A stretch of DNA of 64,000 bases, from the NCBI GenBank assembly GCA_965243855.1, contig CBDEWE010000003.1:1474610-1538609 (forward strand). The letters run 5' to 3'. This document shows, in pieces, positions 19,911 to 29,879 of the stretch (positions are counted from its first letter, which is position 1; each line of letters begins with the position of its first letter). The notes below the pieces were generated by a model, which did not search any database, had not been told where the DNA came from, and saw nothing but the letters and a program-made list of their open reading frames with translations. The DNA comes from an uncultured Candidatus Binatia bacterium. Lineage in GTDB: Bacteria > Desulfobacterota > Binatia > Bin18. The position numbers and the translations under genes are program-made.

Positions 19911-20930
19911 ATGAGCCTACCACAATCGAGTCGTTTGCAATTTACCCAGGATCTCACCATCTGTCGTATTCTTAACGGCTTGTGGCAGGTGTCTGGAGGA
20001 CACGGGCGCATTAATCCCCAAGCCGCAGTCCGGGAGATGTTCGACTATCATGAGACTGGCTTCACCTCGTGGGATCTTGCTGATCACTATGGTCCGGCTG
20101 AGGATTTTATCGGCGATTTCCGGCGTCAGCTCGCGAAGTCGCGCAGCACTGAAGCACCCCCTAGCATCCAGGCCTTTACCAAATGGGTCCCGCGCCCTGG
20201 CCGCATGACACGCGAGGTGGTAGAGCACAATATCGACATCTCTTTACGCCGCATGGATGTCGAGACGCTTGATCTCTTGCAGTTTCACTGGTGGGACTAT
20301 GGTGATAAACGCTATTTGGATGCACTCAAACACCTCTCCGATCTCAAAGAAGAAGGCAAGCTTCGCCATCTTGCCTTGACCAACTTCGATACTGAGCATC
20401 TCAGAATCATTACCGAGCACGGCATCACAATCGTTTCCAATCAAGTCCAGTTCTCCCTGATTGACCGTCGACCAGAGATCGAGATGATCCCGTTTTGCCA
20501 AGCGCATGACATCCAGTTGCTGACCTACGGGACAGTGTGCGGCGGGCTGCTGTCTGAACAGTTTCTTGGCCGGCGTGAGCCAGGTCAGTGGTCGCTGAAG
20601 ACAGCCAGCCTTCAGAAATATAAACAGATGATCGATGCCTGGGGTGGGTGGCAACTCTTCCAAGAACTGTTGGGCTGTCTCAAGGATATTGCCGAGAAGC
20701 ATGCAGTGAGCATCGCTAATATCGCCACCCATTACATCCTCGCCAAACCTCGCGTGGCTGGCGTTATTCTTGGCACCCGGCTGGGTGTTTCTGAGCACCG
20801 GGCCGACAACGTACGCGTTTTTGATATGACGCTCGACGCAGGGGAGCTTGATCAGGTGCATAGCCTCCTGAGCCACTCGAACAACCTCTTTCAGTCCATT
20901 GGCGATTGTGGAGATGAGTACCGGAATTAG
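19911..20930 (+). CDS. aldo/keto reductase
   Basis: 339 aa AKR TIM-barrel (DLADHYG; LKEEGKLRHLALTNF; SNQVQFSLIDRRPE). Confidence 0.85.
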   Translation: MSLPQSSRLQFTQDLTICRILNGLWQVSGGHGRINPQAAVREMFDYHETGFTSWDLADHYGPAEDFIGDFRRQLAKSRSTEAPPSIQAFTKWVPRPGRMTREVVEHNIDISLRRMDVETLDLLQFHWWDYGDKRYLDALKHLSDLKEEGKLRHLALTNFDTEHLRIITEHGITIVSNQVQFSLIDRRPEIEMIPFCQAHDIQLLTYGTVCGGLLSEQFLGRREPGQWSLKTASLQKYKQMIDAWGGWQLFQELLGCLKDIAEKHAVSIANIATHYILAKPRVAGVILGTRLGVSEHRADNVRVFDMTLDAGELDQVHSLLSHSNNLFQSIGDCGDEYRN

Positions 20931-20984
20931 ACTGAGCATGGCAATCAGTTGTAGCGGACGAGGACAGAAACGGAGTGTCTGGCG

Positions 20985-23429
20985 ATGAACCTTCCTTCGC
21001 ACGCGCAGGTTGTCATTATTGGCGGTGGAATCATTGGGTGCAGTGTAGCCTACCACCTCTGTAAACTTGGCCTGACCGATGTGGTCTTGCTCGAACGTAA
21101 AAGCCTCACCAGCGGCACGACCTGGCATGCGGCTGGCCTGGTGGGACAATTACGGGCAACCCAGAATCTGACCAGACTCGCCCAATATACGACGACACTC
21201 TTGCAGGAACTTGAAGCCGAAACCGGACAAGCAACCGGCTTTAAGCAAACCGGCTCCCTGGCCATTGCTAATAATGCCGAGCGTTTTGAGGAACTGAGGC
21301 GCGGCGCGTCTATGGCAAAATGCTTTGGTCTTGAGGTGGAAGTGATCGGCCCGCGGGAGGCGGCCGAGCTGTGGCCGCTCATGAATGCAAAAGACCTGGT
21401 GGGGGGAGTGTATTTACCGGGTGATGGGCAGACGAACCCAACCGATACCACCCAGGCCTACGCTAAGGGGGCCAAAATGCACGGCGCCCAGATATTCGAG
21501 AACGTGAAGGTAACAGACATTCACCAAAAAGATGGCAGAGCCAGCGGAGTTGCCACCGAATACGGCGATATCCACTCGGAATATGTCGTCAACTGTGCCG
21601 GCATGTGGGCGCGGCAGGTCGGTCTCATGGCCGGGGTCAGCATTCCCCTTCACGCGGCGGAACATTTCTACGTTGTGACCGAGCCGATTGCCGGTCTTGC
21701 CTCTGGTTTGCCGACGCTGCGCGATCCTGGGAGTGCGACGTATTTCAAGGAGGAAGTCGGCTGTGTTCTGGCCGGTTTCTTTGAACTCCAGGCCAAGCCG
21801 TGGGGAAGGGGAGGCGAGGCCGTTCCTGAAGACTTTGCATTTGGCACTTTTGGTGAAGACTGGGATCATCTTGAGGATGTGTTCAACAAGGCGATGCACC
21901 GTCTGCCGGCACTGGAGACCGCGGGAATCAAGCTCTTCCTCAACGGGCCCGAAAGTTTCACCCCGGACGACCGCTACCATTTGGGCGAAGCGCCCGAGCT
22001 CAAGAATTTCTACGTTGCCGCGGGCTTTAACTCTATTGGCATTCAGTCTTCCGGTGGGGCAGGGAAGGTTTTGGCCGAATGGATTGCGCACGGCCATCCG
22101 CCCGTCGATCTGTGGGACGTTGATATTCGACGTAACAGGCCCTTCCAGAACAACCGCCGTTATTTAGAAAAGCGGGTCTCGGAAACCCTGGGGCTCCTAT
22201 ACGATATGCACTGGCCGTTCCGGCAGTATGAAACAAGCCGTAACGTGCGTATGTCGCCGCTGCATGACCGGTTGGTCGCCCAGGGAGCGTGTTTCGGGGA
22301 GGCCGCTGGCTGGGAGCGGGCAAACTGGTTTGCTCCTCCGGGTGTGGAGCCCAGGTATCAATATTCGTACGGCAAACAGAACTGGTTTGCCCATTCGGCG
22401 GCCGAGCACCGAGCCGTCCGCGAGAATGTCGGTCTGTTCGACCAGACCTCTTTCAGCAAGTTTCTCCTCCAGGGGCGGGATGCGCTAAGCGTGCTGAATC
22501 GCCTGTGCGGGAACCAGATCGACGTTGTGCCGGGGAAGGTGGTCTATACCCAAATGTTGAATGAGCGGGGTGGAACCGAGGCTGACGTGACCGTCACCCG
22601 CGTTGCTCCAGACTGTTTCTATATTGTGGATGCCGCGGCCACACAGACAAAAACCTTTTCCTATATACAGACGCATATTGCTGCGGACGAATACGCCTTT
22701 CTCACCGACGTGACCTCAGCCTACGCCGTACTGGGCGTGATGGGTCCGAATGCTCGGGCGCTCCTAAGCGGCTTGACCGATGCGGACCTCTCCAATCAAG
22801 CCTTCCCGTTTGCAAGCGCGCAAGAGATCGACTTTGCCGATGCCAGGCTGCGTGCCATCCGTATTACCTATGTGGGGGAGTTGGGCTGGGAGCTGCACAT
22901 CCCGACTGAATTTACTCTTTCAGTCTATGACGCGCTGACGCAGGCCGGTCAAGCTCTGTCGCTCCAACACTGCGGTTATCACGCGCTCAATTCTTTGCGC
23001 ATAGAAAAAGGCTATCGCCACTGGGGACATGACGTGACCGATGAGGAAACACCGCTCGAAGCCGGGCTGGGATTTGCCGTCCGGCTGAATAAAGACCATT
23101 TCCTGGGCCGAGAAATCCTGCTGGAGCAAAAACACAACGGTGTCAAAAAACGGCTGGTCCAGTTTGTGTTAGAAGACCCGGAAGCGTTGCTCTATCACAA
23201 CGAACCCATCTGGCGGGACAATGAAATTGTCGGCTTTATTACCTCCGGGATGTTCGGCCATACCCTGGGCGCGGCCATTGGCCTGGGGTATGTCAATCAT
23301 GCGGATGGCGTCACACCCGAATATGTTCAGTCCGGCCGCTATGAAATCGAAGTCGCGGGCAGGCGTATTCCGGCTCGGGCTTCGCTGCGTCCTTTCTACG
23401 ACCCGGAGCACGAACGGATAAAAATGTAG
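20985..23429 (+). CDS. FAD-dependent oxidoreductase fused to a GcvT-like aminomethyltransferase domain (dimethylglycine oxidase / sarcosine dehydrogenase family)
   Basis: N-terminal DAO Rossmann motif VVIIGGGIIGCSVAYHL. The C-terminal folate-binding GcvT domain and the 814-aa length are typical of DMGO. Confidence 0.8.
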   Translation: MNLPSHAQVVIIGGGIIGCSVAYHLCKLGLTDVVLLERKSLTSGTTWHAAGLVGQLRATQNLTRLAQYTTTLLQELEAETGQATGFKQTGSLAIANNAERFEELRRGASMAKCFGLEVEVIGPREAAELWPLMNAKDLVGGVYLPGDGQTNPTDTTQAYAKGAKMHGAQIFENVKVTDIHQKDGRASGVATEYGDIHSEYVVNCAGMWARQVGLMAGVSIPLHAAEHFYVVTEPIAGLASGLPTLRDPGSATYFKEEVGCVLAGFFELQAKPWGRGGEAVPEDFAFGTFGEDWDHLEDVFNKAMHRLPALETAGIKLFLNGPESFTPDDRYHLGEAPELKNFYVAAGFNSIGIQSSGGAGKVLAEWIAHGHPPVDLWDVDIRRNRPFQNNRRYLEKRVSETLGLLYDMHWPFRQYETSRNVRMSPLHDRLVAQGACFGEAAGWERANWFAPPGVEPRYQYSYGKQNWFAHSAAEHRAVRENVGLFDQTSFSKFLLQGRDALSVLNRLCGNQIDVVPGKVVYTQMLNERGGTEADVTVTRVAPDCFYIVDAAATQTKTFSYIQTHIAADEYAFLTDVTSAYAVLGVMGPNARALLSGLTDADLSNQAFPFASAQEIDFADARLRAIRITYVGELGWELHIPTEFTLSVYDALTQAGQALSLQHCGYHALNSLRIEKGYRHWGHDVTDEETPLEAGLGFAVRLNKDHFLGREILLEQKHNGVKKRLVQFVLEDPEALLYHNEPIWRDNEIVGFITSGMFGHTLGAAIGLGYVNHADGVTPEYVQSGRYEIEVAGRRIPARASLRPFYDPEHERIKM

Positions 23430-23474
23430 GAATGTTTTTTCCCTCCTCCAGGGGAGAGGGGGCTCCCTACGCCG

Positions 23475-23530
23475 AAAAGAGTAAACGTGTCCTCCAATAG
23501 ACAGGCAGATGCTGGACACGTCTACTCTTT
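23475..23530. repeat. family-A palindromic element, copy 5 (inverted loop orientation)
   Basis: AGAGTAAACGTGTCCTCCAATAGACAGGCAGATGCTGGACACGTCTACTCT. Lies between the DMGO-like gene and coxG. Confidence 0.9.
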
Positions 23531-23971
23531 GAAATGTTTTGCAACGTTCCGGGCGAACTCGGCCACGATTTTGTCTGCCTTTTTCCGAATCACGGGCTGG
23601 CCGAACTCGCCCAGTTTGCCCATAAGCCGGGCTTCGGTCTGGATGGACAATTGGGTTTGCGCCTCTTCTTGTTCAACTAAAGTCAGCTCGGCACTGATAT
23701 GGACGCCGCCGCCAACGCGGCGGTCGTTTGCTTCCGCTCTGCCGACCGCACGCCAATTTGTTTGATCGAGTTCCTGTATGCTCAACTCGCCCTGTAAGGT
23801 GAGTCGAATAGGGCCGAATGTCACTTTCATCCGACCCGCGTATTGATCCTCACCGGCGGCGACAACCTCACTTACCCCAGGCACACAGGTCGCCATTTGA
23901 GGAACATCCATAAGAAAGTCCCACAGGGTTTCGCGCGCAACCGGGACGGTACAGCTATGCTCGAAGTTCAT
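23522..23971 (-). CDS. coxG: CoxG-like SRPBCC protein (carbon-monoxide-dehydrogenase subunit G family)
   Basis: 149 aa. It lies directly downstream of coxM in the operon. SRPBCC-like pattern. Confidence 0.65.
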   Translation of the reverse strand: MNFEHSCTVPVARETLWDFLMDVPQMATCVPGVSEVVAAGEDQYAGRMKVTFGPIRLTLQGELSIQELDQTNWRAVGRAEANDRRVGGGVHISAELTLVEQEEAQTQLSIQTEARLMGKLGEFGQPVIRKKADKIVAEFARNVAKHFKE

Positions 23972-24852
23972 TCGTTCCCCCTCCTTTCTTGAGCGCGTGT
24001 GACTGCCTGTTCGATGGCCCGCTGGGTAAAGACGACGGCCATGTCGCGCTTGTATTCTGCTGAGCCGCGAAAGTCCGCGAGAGGATCAATCTCTTCCGTC
24101 ACAAGAGCGGCCGCGTCACGAATAACCCGAGGGGTCAACGACTGGCCTTGGAGGGCCGTTTCAACTGCTCGTGTCCGGAGTGGGGTTGTCGCGGCGGCAC
24201 CCAGGGCGACACGGGCCTGAGCAATAGTGTCGCCGTCTAAGGAGATTCGTGCGGCGACGGCAATAGTTGCGTAATCGTCATGCGTTTGGGGCAGGAATTT
24301 CAGGAAAGAAGTCCCCGCGCCGGTAGGTTGGGGTGGGATGATAACGGTGGTGATGAGTTCTTCGGGTTCGAGAACGGTTTCATAATAATCGACAAAAAAG
24401 TCACTCAGCTCGATTTCCCGCTCGCCGTGGCGCGATTGGATTCGAATCCGCGCGTCCAGGACGAGCAGCGCAGGGGGTGGATCCTGGTTTGGGTCGGCAT
24501 GCGCCAACGAACCGCCAATGGTTGCGGCCGTCCGAATACGAACACTGGCCACATGCTGAAAGGTCGTAGCCAAAAGGGGAAGGCGGTGTTGAATCAGGGC
24601 TGAGGTTTCTATGGTACGGTGCGAACACAACGCCCCGATCGTGAGGTCGCCGTTGGTCCGAATCTCAGCGAGTTCCGGGCGGCGGGCCAGTTGGCGGAGA
24701 CCGATCAGATACGCGGGCTGAACCAGCCGCTGCTTCATCAGGTTGACCAGCCCGGTTCCGCCGGCAAGGACCTTGGCGTCCTCGCCGTGCTGTTCAAGCA
24801 GGGCTAAAGCCTCTTCGAGGCTTTCCGGTTCGACATATTCAAAGGCAATCAT
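23968..24852 (-). CDS. coxM: molybdenum hydroxylase FAD-binding subunit (CoxM-like)
   Basis: Begins MIAFEYVEPESLEEALALLEQHG...AGGTGLVNLMK, the classic FAD_binding_5 N-terminus. The start overlaps the coxS stop (ATGA). Confidence 0.8.
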   Translation of the reverse strand: MIAFEYVEPESLEEALALLEQHGEDAKVLAGGTGLVNLMKQRLVQPAYLIGLRQLARRPELAEIRTNGDLTIGALCSHRTIETSALIQHRLPLLATTFQHVASVRIRTAATIGGSLAHADPNQDPPPALLVLDARIRIQSRHGEREIELSDFFVDYYETVLEPEELITTVIIPPQPTGAGTSFLKFLPQTHDDYATIAVAARISLDGDTIAQARVALGAAATTPLRTRAVETALQGQSLTPRVIRDAAALVTEEIDPLADFRGSAEYKRDMAVVFTQRAIEQAVTRAQERRGNE

Positions 24853-25319
24853 GTGGTGACCTTTCCGTCCGCCACCGCCTGGATCGATGCGATGATTTTG
24901 TAATAGCCGGTACAGCGGCACAGATTGCCCATCATCCAGCTTTGAATCTCGTCTTTTGACGGATGCGGGTTTTCGTCCAACAGGGCTTTGGCCGACATGA
25001 TCTGACCCGGCGTACAGATGCCGCACTGAAAGCCGCCATAGTCGATAAACGCTTTTTGGAGCGGGTGCAGTCTGTCGCCTTCAGCCAGTCCTTCGATGGT
25101 GGTGACTTCGCCGCCGTCTGCCGTGACCGCGAGAGTCAAACAGGAACTGACGGGCTTACCGTCAAGCAGGACGGTACATGCTCCGCACACGCCCACGCTA
25201 CAGCCTTCTTTGGTCCCCGTGAGATCAAGCCCATTGCGTAACAAGTCAATGAGCAGGATGTTATCTGAAATATCCCGCTCAACCGCTTGGCCGTTTACCC
25301 GGAGTTGAATAGATTTCAT
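24849..25319 (-). CDS. coxS: molybdenum hydroxylase [2Fe-2S] subunit (CoxS-like)
   Basis: 156 aa with a plant-type ferredoxin cluster CSVGVCGACTV and a second cluster QCGICTPG...CRCTGY. Confidence 0.9.
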   Translation of the reverse strand: MKSIQLRVNGQAVERDISDNILLIDLLRNGLDLTGTKEGCSVGVCGACTVLLDGKPVSSCLTLAVTADGGEVTTIEGLAEGDRLHPLQKAFIDYGGFQCGICTPGQIMSAKALLDENPHPSKDEIQSWMMGNLCRCTGYYKIIASIQAVADGKVTT

Positions 25320-25334
25320 ATCTGGCTGCCTCCT

Positions 25335-27632
25335 CTACCCATCGCTCTTGACGGTGAGATTCTTTTCTCGGAGGGCCGCATATACTTTTTCTGCGGTCAC
25401 GGGTAAATCCATCAGACGAACCCCTACTGCATCAAAGACGGCGTTTGCCACCGCCGCCGGTACGGCCACATTGCTGTGTTCGCCAATGGCCTTGCCTGCG
25501 TACGGTGCCGGGCCGGCGTCGCTTTCGACCAGAACGGTTTTCAGCTCCGGAATATCCATACTGGTTGGTAGTTTGTAGTCACCCAAATGAACATTCGTCA
25601 CGGCGCCGTCCTGCACTATCAGATGTTCGGTCAGCGCGTGGCCGACCCCTTGGATAGCTCCGCCTTCAACTTGTCCCTGGTGGGTGAGCGGATTGAGAAT
25701 TGTGCCGACATCGTGCGCGGTTATGAGTTTCCTCAGGGTCACCTGGCCGGTTGTTGGATCAACTTCGACTTCGGCTATTTGGGCACAGAACGAGGTCACA
25801 TCCACAGGGTCTTCGGCCACATACTCTCCGGTATAGCGTAAAGGCAGCTCTTCCCGGCCGGCGAGTGCGGCCATCAGCGTGGGAAGGGCAAGGCGCTGTC
25901 CGTTCGTATTCACAAAGTCACCCGCCCGATATGCAACCTGTTCCTGCGGACTTTCCATATGCCGGGCAGCAAAGGCGGTCAGCCCTTCCTTTAATTTGCG
26001 GACAGCGGCAAGGGCTGCCTGACCGGCCATATGCGTCAGGCGGCTTCCTCCAGCGCCTACTTCCCAAGAAGCGGAATCGGTACTGCCCTGCACGACTCTG
26101 ACGGATTCTAAGGGGACCTGTAATTCTTCGGCCACAACTTGCTGCAGAACCGTATACGAGCCGGTACCTGTATCAGCCGCGCCCGTCATGAGGGTCAGCG
26201 TAGCGTCGGCAGTGATGCTTAAGGTGGCACTCGATGGCCCAAACGCACCCGGCTCGCGGTCATACATGCCTATGCCGCGCCCAACATGAGGCGGCTTTTC
26301 GGTGTTCCACCGAGCTTCCTTAGCTGCAGCCTCCAGCGTCTCCTTGCAGCGAATTTTTTTCCATTTTTCACCCAGCGGGGCGGCATCGCCTTCGACTAAC
26401 GTGTTGCGAAGCCGAAACTCCAAGGGATCAAGCCCCAGTTCCTGGGCAACGAGGTCCATATGGCTCTCAACCCCAAAAACGATCTGGGGTGCACCTGGCG
26501 CGCGCATATGCCCGGCAGGAACGGTGTTGGTATAGACCCGGAAGACTTCGATCTCGACATTGGGCATCCGATACGGACCGGCGGCGTGGACACTGCCGTG
26601 CACGGTGTGCAGGGGCGTGAATGCGCTGTAGGCCCCACAGCTAAAAACTAGCTTGGCCTTGCGGGCAACAATCCGGCCGTTGGCATCTACGCCGGTCCGG
26701 AGCGTAATGACCGCCGGATGACGTGGATTACCGGCTAACAGCTCTTCGGTATAGGTCATGACCATTTTTACCGGCCGACCTGCGGCCGCGGCCAGGTGAT
26801 AGCACACAACGCTATCCATTAATGAACCTTTACCGCCAAAATCACCCCCAATGGGCGCGGTGTTGACGCACACCCGGTCCTCGGTCACACCGAGCGCAGC
26901 AGCAAACTGGCCCCGAGCCACAAAGGGGGTCTTATTGGAAATCCACAGATTGACTTTGCCGCCCGGCTCAATCTGGACGACGCTGGCATGCGGCTCAATA
27001 TAGCCCTGATGAACCGGGGGAATGGTAAACGTATGGGTGAACTCGCGGGTGGCGTGGGCAAAGCCGGCTTCAATATCACCGTGAGTGTAGAACACTTGTG
27101 ACACCACGTTGGGAATGTCGGGGTACAGACGGTCGTCACCCGGATGAACAAAATCGGGCACCGGAGGATGGGTGTATGTGCTGGTGTCGGCATGGACGCG
27201 CGGTGCATCTTCCTGCATGGCCTCGGCCGGATCAAAGACCGCGGGCAGGGCTTCATACTCGACCGCTATGCGCGTGAGCGCTTCCTCGGCAATGTCCATG
27301 GACTCGGCCGCAACCGCAACGACCTTCTCGCCCACAAAACGAACCACATCACGCGCGAGGACGGGCTTGTCCAAAAAGAAGCGGCCAATACGGCGGTCCG
27401 GCAGCTCGGCTCCGGTAATGACCGCGTGGACGCCGGCCAGCGCTTTTGCTTGTGAAGTATCAATCGAGACAATTCGCGCGTGGGGAAACGGGCTGCGCAG
27501 GCATTTGCCGTACAGCAAACCGGGCAGCCGAATATCCGCGGTATAGCGGGCCTGTCCGGTTACTTTTGACGGCCCCTCCACATGGCCCGCCGGTTGCCCA
27601 ACGCTGGCTAAGTTCGCCATAGTGACCTCCAC
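25335..27632 (-). CDS. coxL: xanthine dehydrogenase family molybdopterin-binding subunit (CoxL-like, not a form-I CO dehydrogenase)
   Basis: 765 aa with the Mo-hydroxylase motif PIGGDFGGKG. No VAYRCSFR form-I CODH active-site loop is seen. Confidence 0.8.
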   Translation of the reverse strand: MEVTMANLASVGQPAGHVEGPSKVTGQARYTADIRLPGLLYGKCLRSPFPHARIVSIDTSQAKALAGVHAVITGAELPDRRIGRFFLDKPVLARDVVRFVGEKVVAVAAESMDIAEEALTRIAVEYEALPAVFDPAEAMQEDAPRVHADTSTYTHPPVPDFVHPGDDRLYPDIPNVVSQVFYTHGDIEAGFAHATREFTHTFTIPPVHQGYIEPHASVVQIEPGGKVNLWISNKTPFVARGQFAAALGVTEDRVCVNTAPIGGDFGGKGSLMDSVVCYHLAAAAGRPVKMVMTYTEELLAGNPRHPAVITLRTGVDANGRIVARKAKLVFSCGAYSAFTPLHTVHGSVHAAGPYRMPNVEIEVFRVYTNTVPAGHMRAPGAPQIVFGVESHMDLVAQELGLDPLEFRLRNTLVEGDAAPLGEKWKKIRCKETLEAAAKEARWNTEKPPHVGRGIGMYDREPGAFGPSSATLSITADATLTLMTGAADTGTGSYTVLQQVVAEELQVPLESVRVVQGSTDSASWEVGAGGSRLTHMAGQAALAAVRKLKEGLTAFAARHMESPQEQVAYRAGDFVNTNGQRLALPTLMAALAGREELPLRYTGEYVAEDPVDVTSFCAQIAEVEVDPTTGQVTLRKLITAHDVGTILNPLTHQGQVEGGAIQGVGHALTEHLIVQDGAVTNVHLGDYKLPTSMDIPELKTVLVESDAGPAPYAGKAIGEHSNVAVPAAVANAVFDAVGVRLMDLPVTAEKVYAALREKNLTVKSDG

Positions 27633-27699
27633 AGTCAGACGCTACCTAAAGTACGGATATCGTCATGAATCCTTTTCGCAGTCAAGCGCCGTGGGTGTT

Positions 27700-27786
27700 T
27701 GTTGAGTCGGTTGAGTCTTGACCCAAAAGACTCAAAAGACTCAAAAGACTCAATAGACTCAATAGACCCAATAGACCCAAAAGACT
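27700..27786. repeat. family-B tandem-9-mer palindromic element, copy 1
   Basis: GTTGAGTCG GTTGAGTCT TGACCCAAAA then GACTCAAAA x3, GACTCAATA x2, GACCCAATA, GACCCAAAA. The left 9-mers are the reverse complement of the right 9-mers. Lies upstream of coxL. Confidence 0.9.
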
Positions 27787-27815
27787 TCCTTTGCCTATGG
27801 GAGCGAGTGAGTGGG

Positions 27816-28118
27816 ATGCCGAGTTTCGATATTGGGGTTGGACATGGCTCCGCCTATCACCTGGTTGAAGAAAATATCGCGCGCTATGTGGTCAAGGCGT
27901 ATCGCGGCCGGCCCGAGCGCGCGCTGACGGCTGGCAGCATTGTTCGGCATATTCTACAGGAGCTGGGCGTCTCCGGGTTCTCCTTACAACCGGAGCATAT
28001 TGTGAAGTGGGTCTTGGTGTTTGAAGAACGGACGGGCCGAAAGATTCTTGAAGCAGAGCCGGAAACGTTTCCGGCACGTTATAGGTGCGTATACTACAAA
28101 GATATTCGGATTCTCTGA
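27816..28118 (+). CDS. hypothetical small protein
   Basis: 100-aa ORF directly downstream of a family-B repeat copy. No recognisable domain. The longer 27699 ORF reads through the repeat and is probably an artefact. Confidence 0.3.
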   Translation: MPSFDIGVGHGSAYHLVEENIARYVVKAYRGRPERALTAGSIVRHILQELGVSGFSLQPEHIVKWVLVFEERTGRKILEAEPETFPARYRCVYYKDIRIL

Positions 28119-28213
28119 GTAGGTGGCCGCAGAGCGGGGCTGCCTGCTCCAGCCAAAACGGCCAAGGGCGTATGCCCTTGGCCGTTCTATTTTGAGAGCA
28201 AGACGCTAGAATT

Positions 28214-29392
28214 TTATGCGTTCAGCTTGGCTTCGTCCGCTGCGGTCGGACCTTCGACTCTGTACAGTTTTTGTCCGTTGTCCCACAGGATTTTACGCCG
28301 AACCTCTTCGTCACAATCGTCCAGGCCGTTCTTGATCCGATCATGAACCTCGTCGCCGTAAAGCGAAGTCGGGTGGGGAAAGTCGGTTTCAAACATGATC
28401 CGGTCAGCTCCGACCTTGTCGATCAGACGCCGTGGGGCAATCTGCTCGAACCAGTAGCAGGCGTAGATATTACGCGCAAAATACTCGGACGGCAGCATAT
28501 CGAGATCGGGCCGTTCTTCCGGGACTCGATTACCGAGGAATTGGTAGTCCAGAGCTTCGAGGGCAAACGGAATCCAACCGATACCGCTCTCAACCGAGAC
28601 AAATTTAATGCTGGGATAACGGGCCAGGACACCCGAAATGATGAGGTCACTCAACTGAATGCCGTTGCGCATGAAGATATCAACCGAAAGCTCGGCAAAC
28701 GCCGCCATTTTACCGTAGGTTTTCACCTTGTCGCGCCGCAGGCCGCCATCCATATTGCCAGAGCCAATATGAAAGCTGATTGGCTGGTCAAGCTCGCAGG
28801 CAACTTCCCACAACGGATTCCAGTGCGGGTCGCCCAGCAGGGGTTGGCCGAGCGATTGCGGGTCTCCGGTGAAGAGAATGCCCTTATGGCCCATGGCGTG
28901 ACAGCGTCGGATTTCTTCAACCGAGGCGTCGACATCCCAGAACGGCGTTGAGGTGATCGGGAGCAGGCGGCGGGAATCGGCTGACGCCCACTCGGTCTGC
29001 CAATCGTTATACACTTTGACACAGGTGAGCTTGAGCCCGGAGTCTTCGAGGCGGAGAAACTCCTGGCTGCCAAATCCCCCGACGTTGGGATACATGACCA
29101 TCGCCCAGATGCCCATTTCATCCATGTATTTGAGACGCTCCGTGGCGTCGAATGCCCCTGGGTGCATCTCGTCATACGACTTGGGCCAGTTGGTCATATC
29201 GCCCACGCCCGCGGTGGCGGTCAGCCCTGGATTGGCTATGCGCCGGTCGCCGAGGAACCACCACTGGCGTCCCTTGGCGTCGAAGTCAACGCGGGGGACC
29301 GAGTCTTTCAACTTATCAGGGACCCGACTGGTCCATAGGTCCGGCGTTTCCGTTACGTGTGTGTCAACGTCAATGATTGTATAGCCGCTCAT
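28214..29392 (-). CDS. amidohydrolase-2 family metal-dependent hydrolase (ACMSD-like TIM barrel)
   Basis: Begins MSGYTIIDVDTHVTE (an H-x-H metal-binding start) and has a later GIWAMVMYPN pattern. A GGAGG ribosome-binding site precedes the Met at 29392. Confidence 0.7.
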   Translation of the reverse strand: MSGYTIIDVDTHVTETPDLWTSRVPDKLKDSVPRVDFDAKGRQWWFLGDRRIANPGLTATAGVGDMTNWPKSYDEMHPGAFDATERLKYMDEMGIWAMVMYPNVGGFGSQEFLRLEDSGLKLTCVKVYNDWQTEWASADSRRLLPITSTPFWDVDASVEEIRRCHAMGHKGILFTGDPQSLGQPLLGDPHWNPLWEVACELDQPISFHIGSGNMDGGLRRDKVKTYGKMAAFAELSVDIFMRNGIQLSDLIISGVLARYPSIKFVSVESGIGWIPFALEALDYQFLGNRVPEERPDLDMLPSEYFARNIYACYWFEQIAPRRLIDKVGADRIMFETDFPHPTSLYGDEVHDRIKNGLDDCDEEVRRKILWDNGQKLYRVEGPTAADEAKLNA

Positions 29393-29565
29393 ATATGTGC
29401 CTCCTTCAGCCGCCATTCTGGAGTCCTAGCGTATCTGAGGACTCGACAATTGCCAAGTCGGACGGAGGAGGGCAGGGGCTTCATGACGGGGGTGGTCGTT
29501 GTCATCGACCTGTCCGTATATGATACACTGGAATCAGCCGAACCAACGAGGCATGGGAGGACTGT

Positions 29566-29817
29566 ATGGCAACAAAAAAAGATATCGCCCTGGTAAGAGA
29601 ATTACGGCCCAGTAACCCAACGGAAGAACAGGTACCAGCCAAGGAGCCCTCCCTCATAGAAGAATTTCGGCTCACGAGCCTGGCAGCGGAATTTGAGCAG
29701 CATAGCCAAGCAGAAATCGAACGTTTGGGTGGTGAGAATCCTGATTTTGACGAGCAACTCTACCACGAAGCCGTTTCCCTCGTCCTGCGGAAACTCAGCC
29801 GATATCGAAAAGAGTAA
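29566..29817 (+). CDS. hypothetical small acidic protein
   Basis: 83 aa with no recognisable domain. Its 3' end runs into a family-A palindromic repeat. Confidence 0.3.
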   Translation: MATKKDIALVRELRPSNPTEEQVPAKEPSLIEEFRLTSLAAEFEQHSQAEIERLGGENPDFDEQLYHEAVSLVLRKLSRYRKE

Positions 29818-29858
29818 ACGTAGCCTCCAATTGAGATGCTGGATACCTTCACTCTTTT
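29809..29858. repeat. family-A palindromic element, copy 6 (degenerate, inverted)
   Basis: AGAGTAAACGTAGCCTCCAATTGAGATGCTGGATACCTTCACTCTTTT. Immediately upstream of the SMC-like ATPase gene. Confidence 0.75.
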
Positions 29859-29879
29859 AATCAAGTCAAGGAAGCTTTC

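Noticed and set aside
20244-21149. 301-aa ORF antisense to the aldo-keto reductase and DMGO-like genes
   Set aside because: It fully overlaps well-supported + strand genes with clear family motifs, and its own translation is low-complexity with no domain signal. Typical high-GC antisense artefact.
27700-27786. Possible CRISPR array (regular short direct repeats)
   Set aside because: The units are 9 bp with no intervening unique spacers, the array is palindromic overall, and no cas genes are present. Not CRISPR.
27699-28118. ORF-track proteins that begin with LDPKDSKDS-type peptides (27699..28118, 45612..46139, 32036..32578)
   Set aside because: The N-terminal extensions are simply translations of the family-B 9-mer arrays. 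The real genes (gatC, a small hypothetical) start downstream at conventional Met codons, and the 32036 ORF is antisense to two genes.
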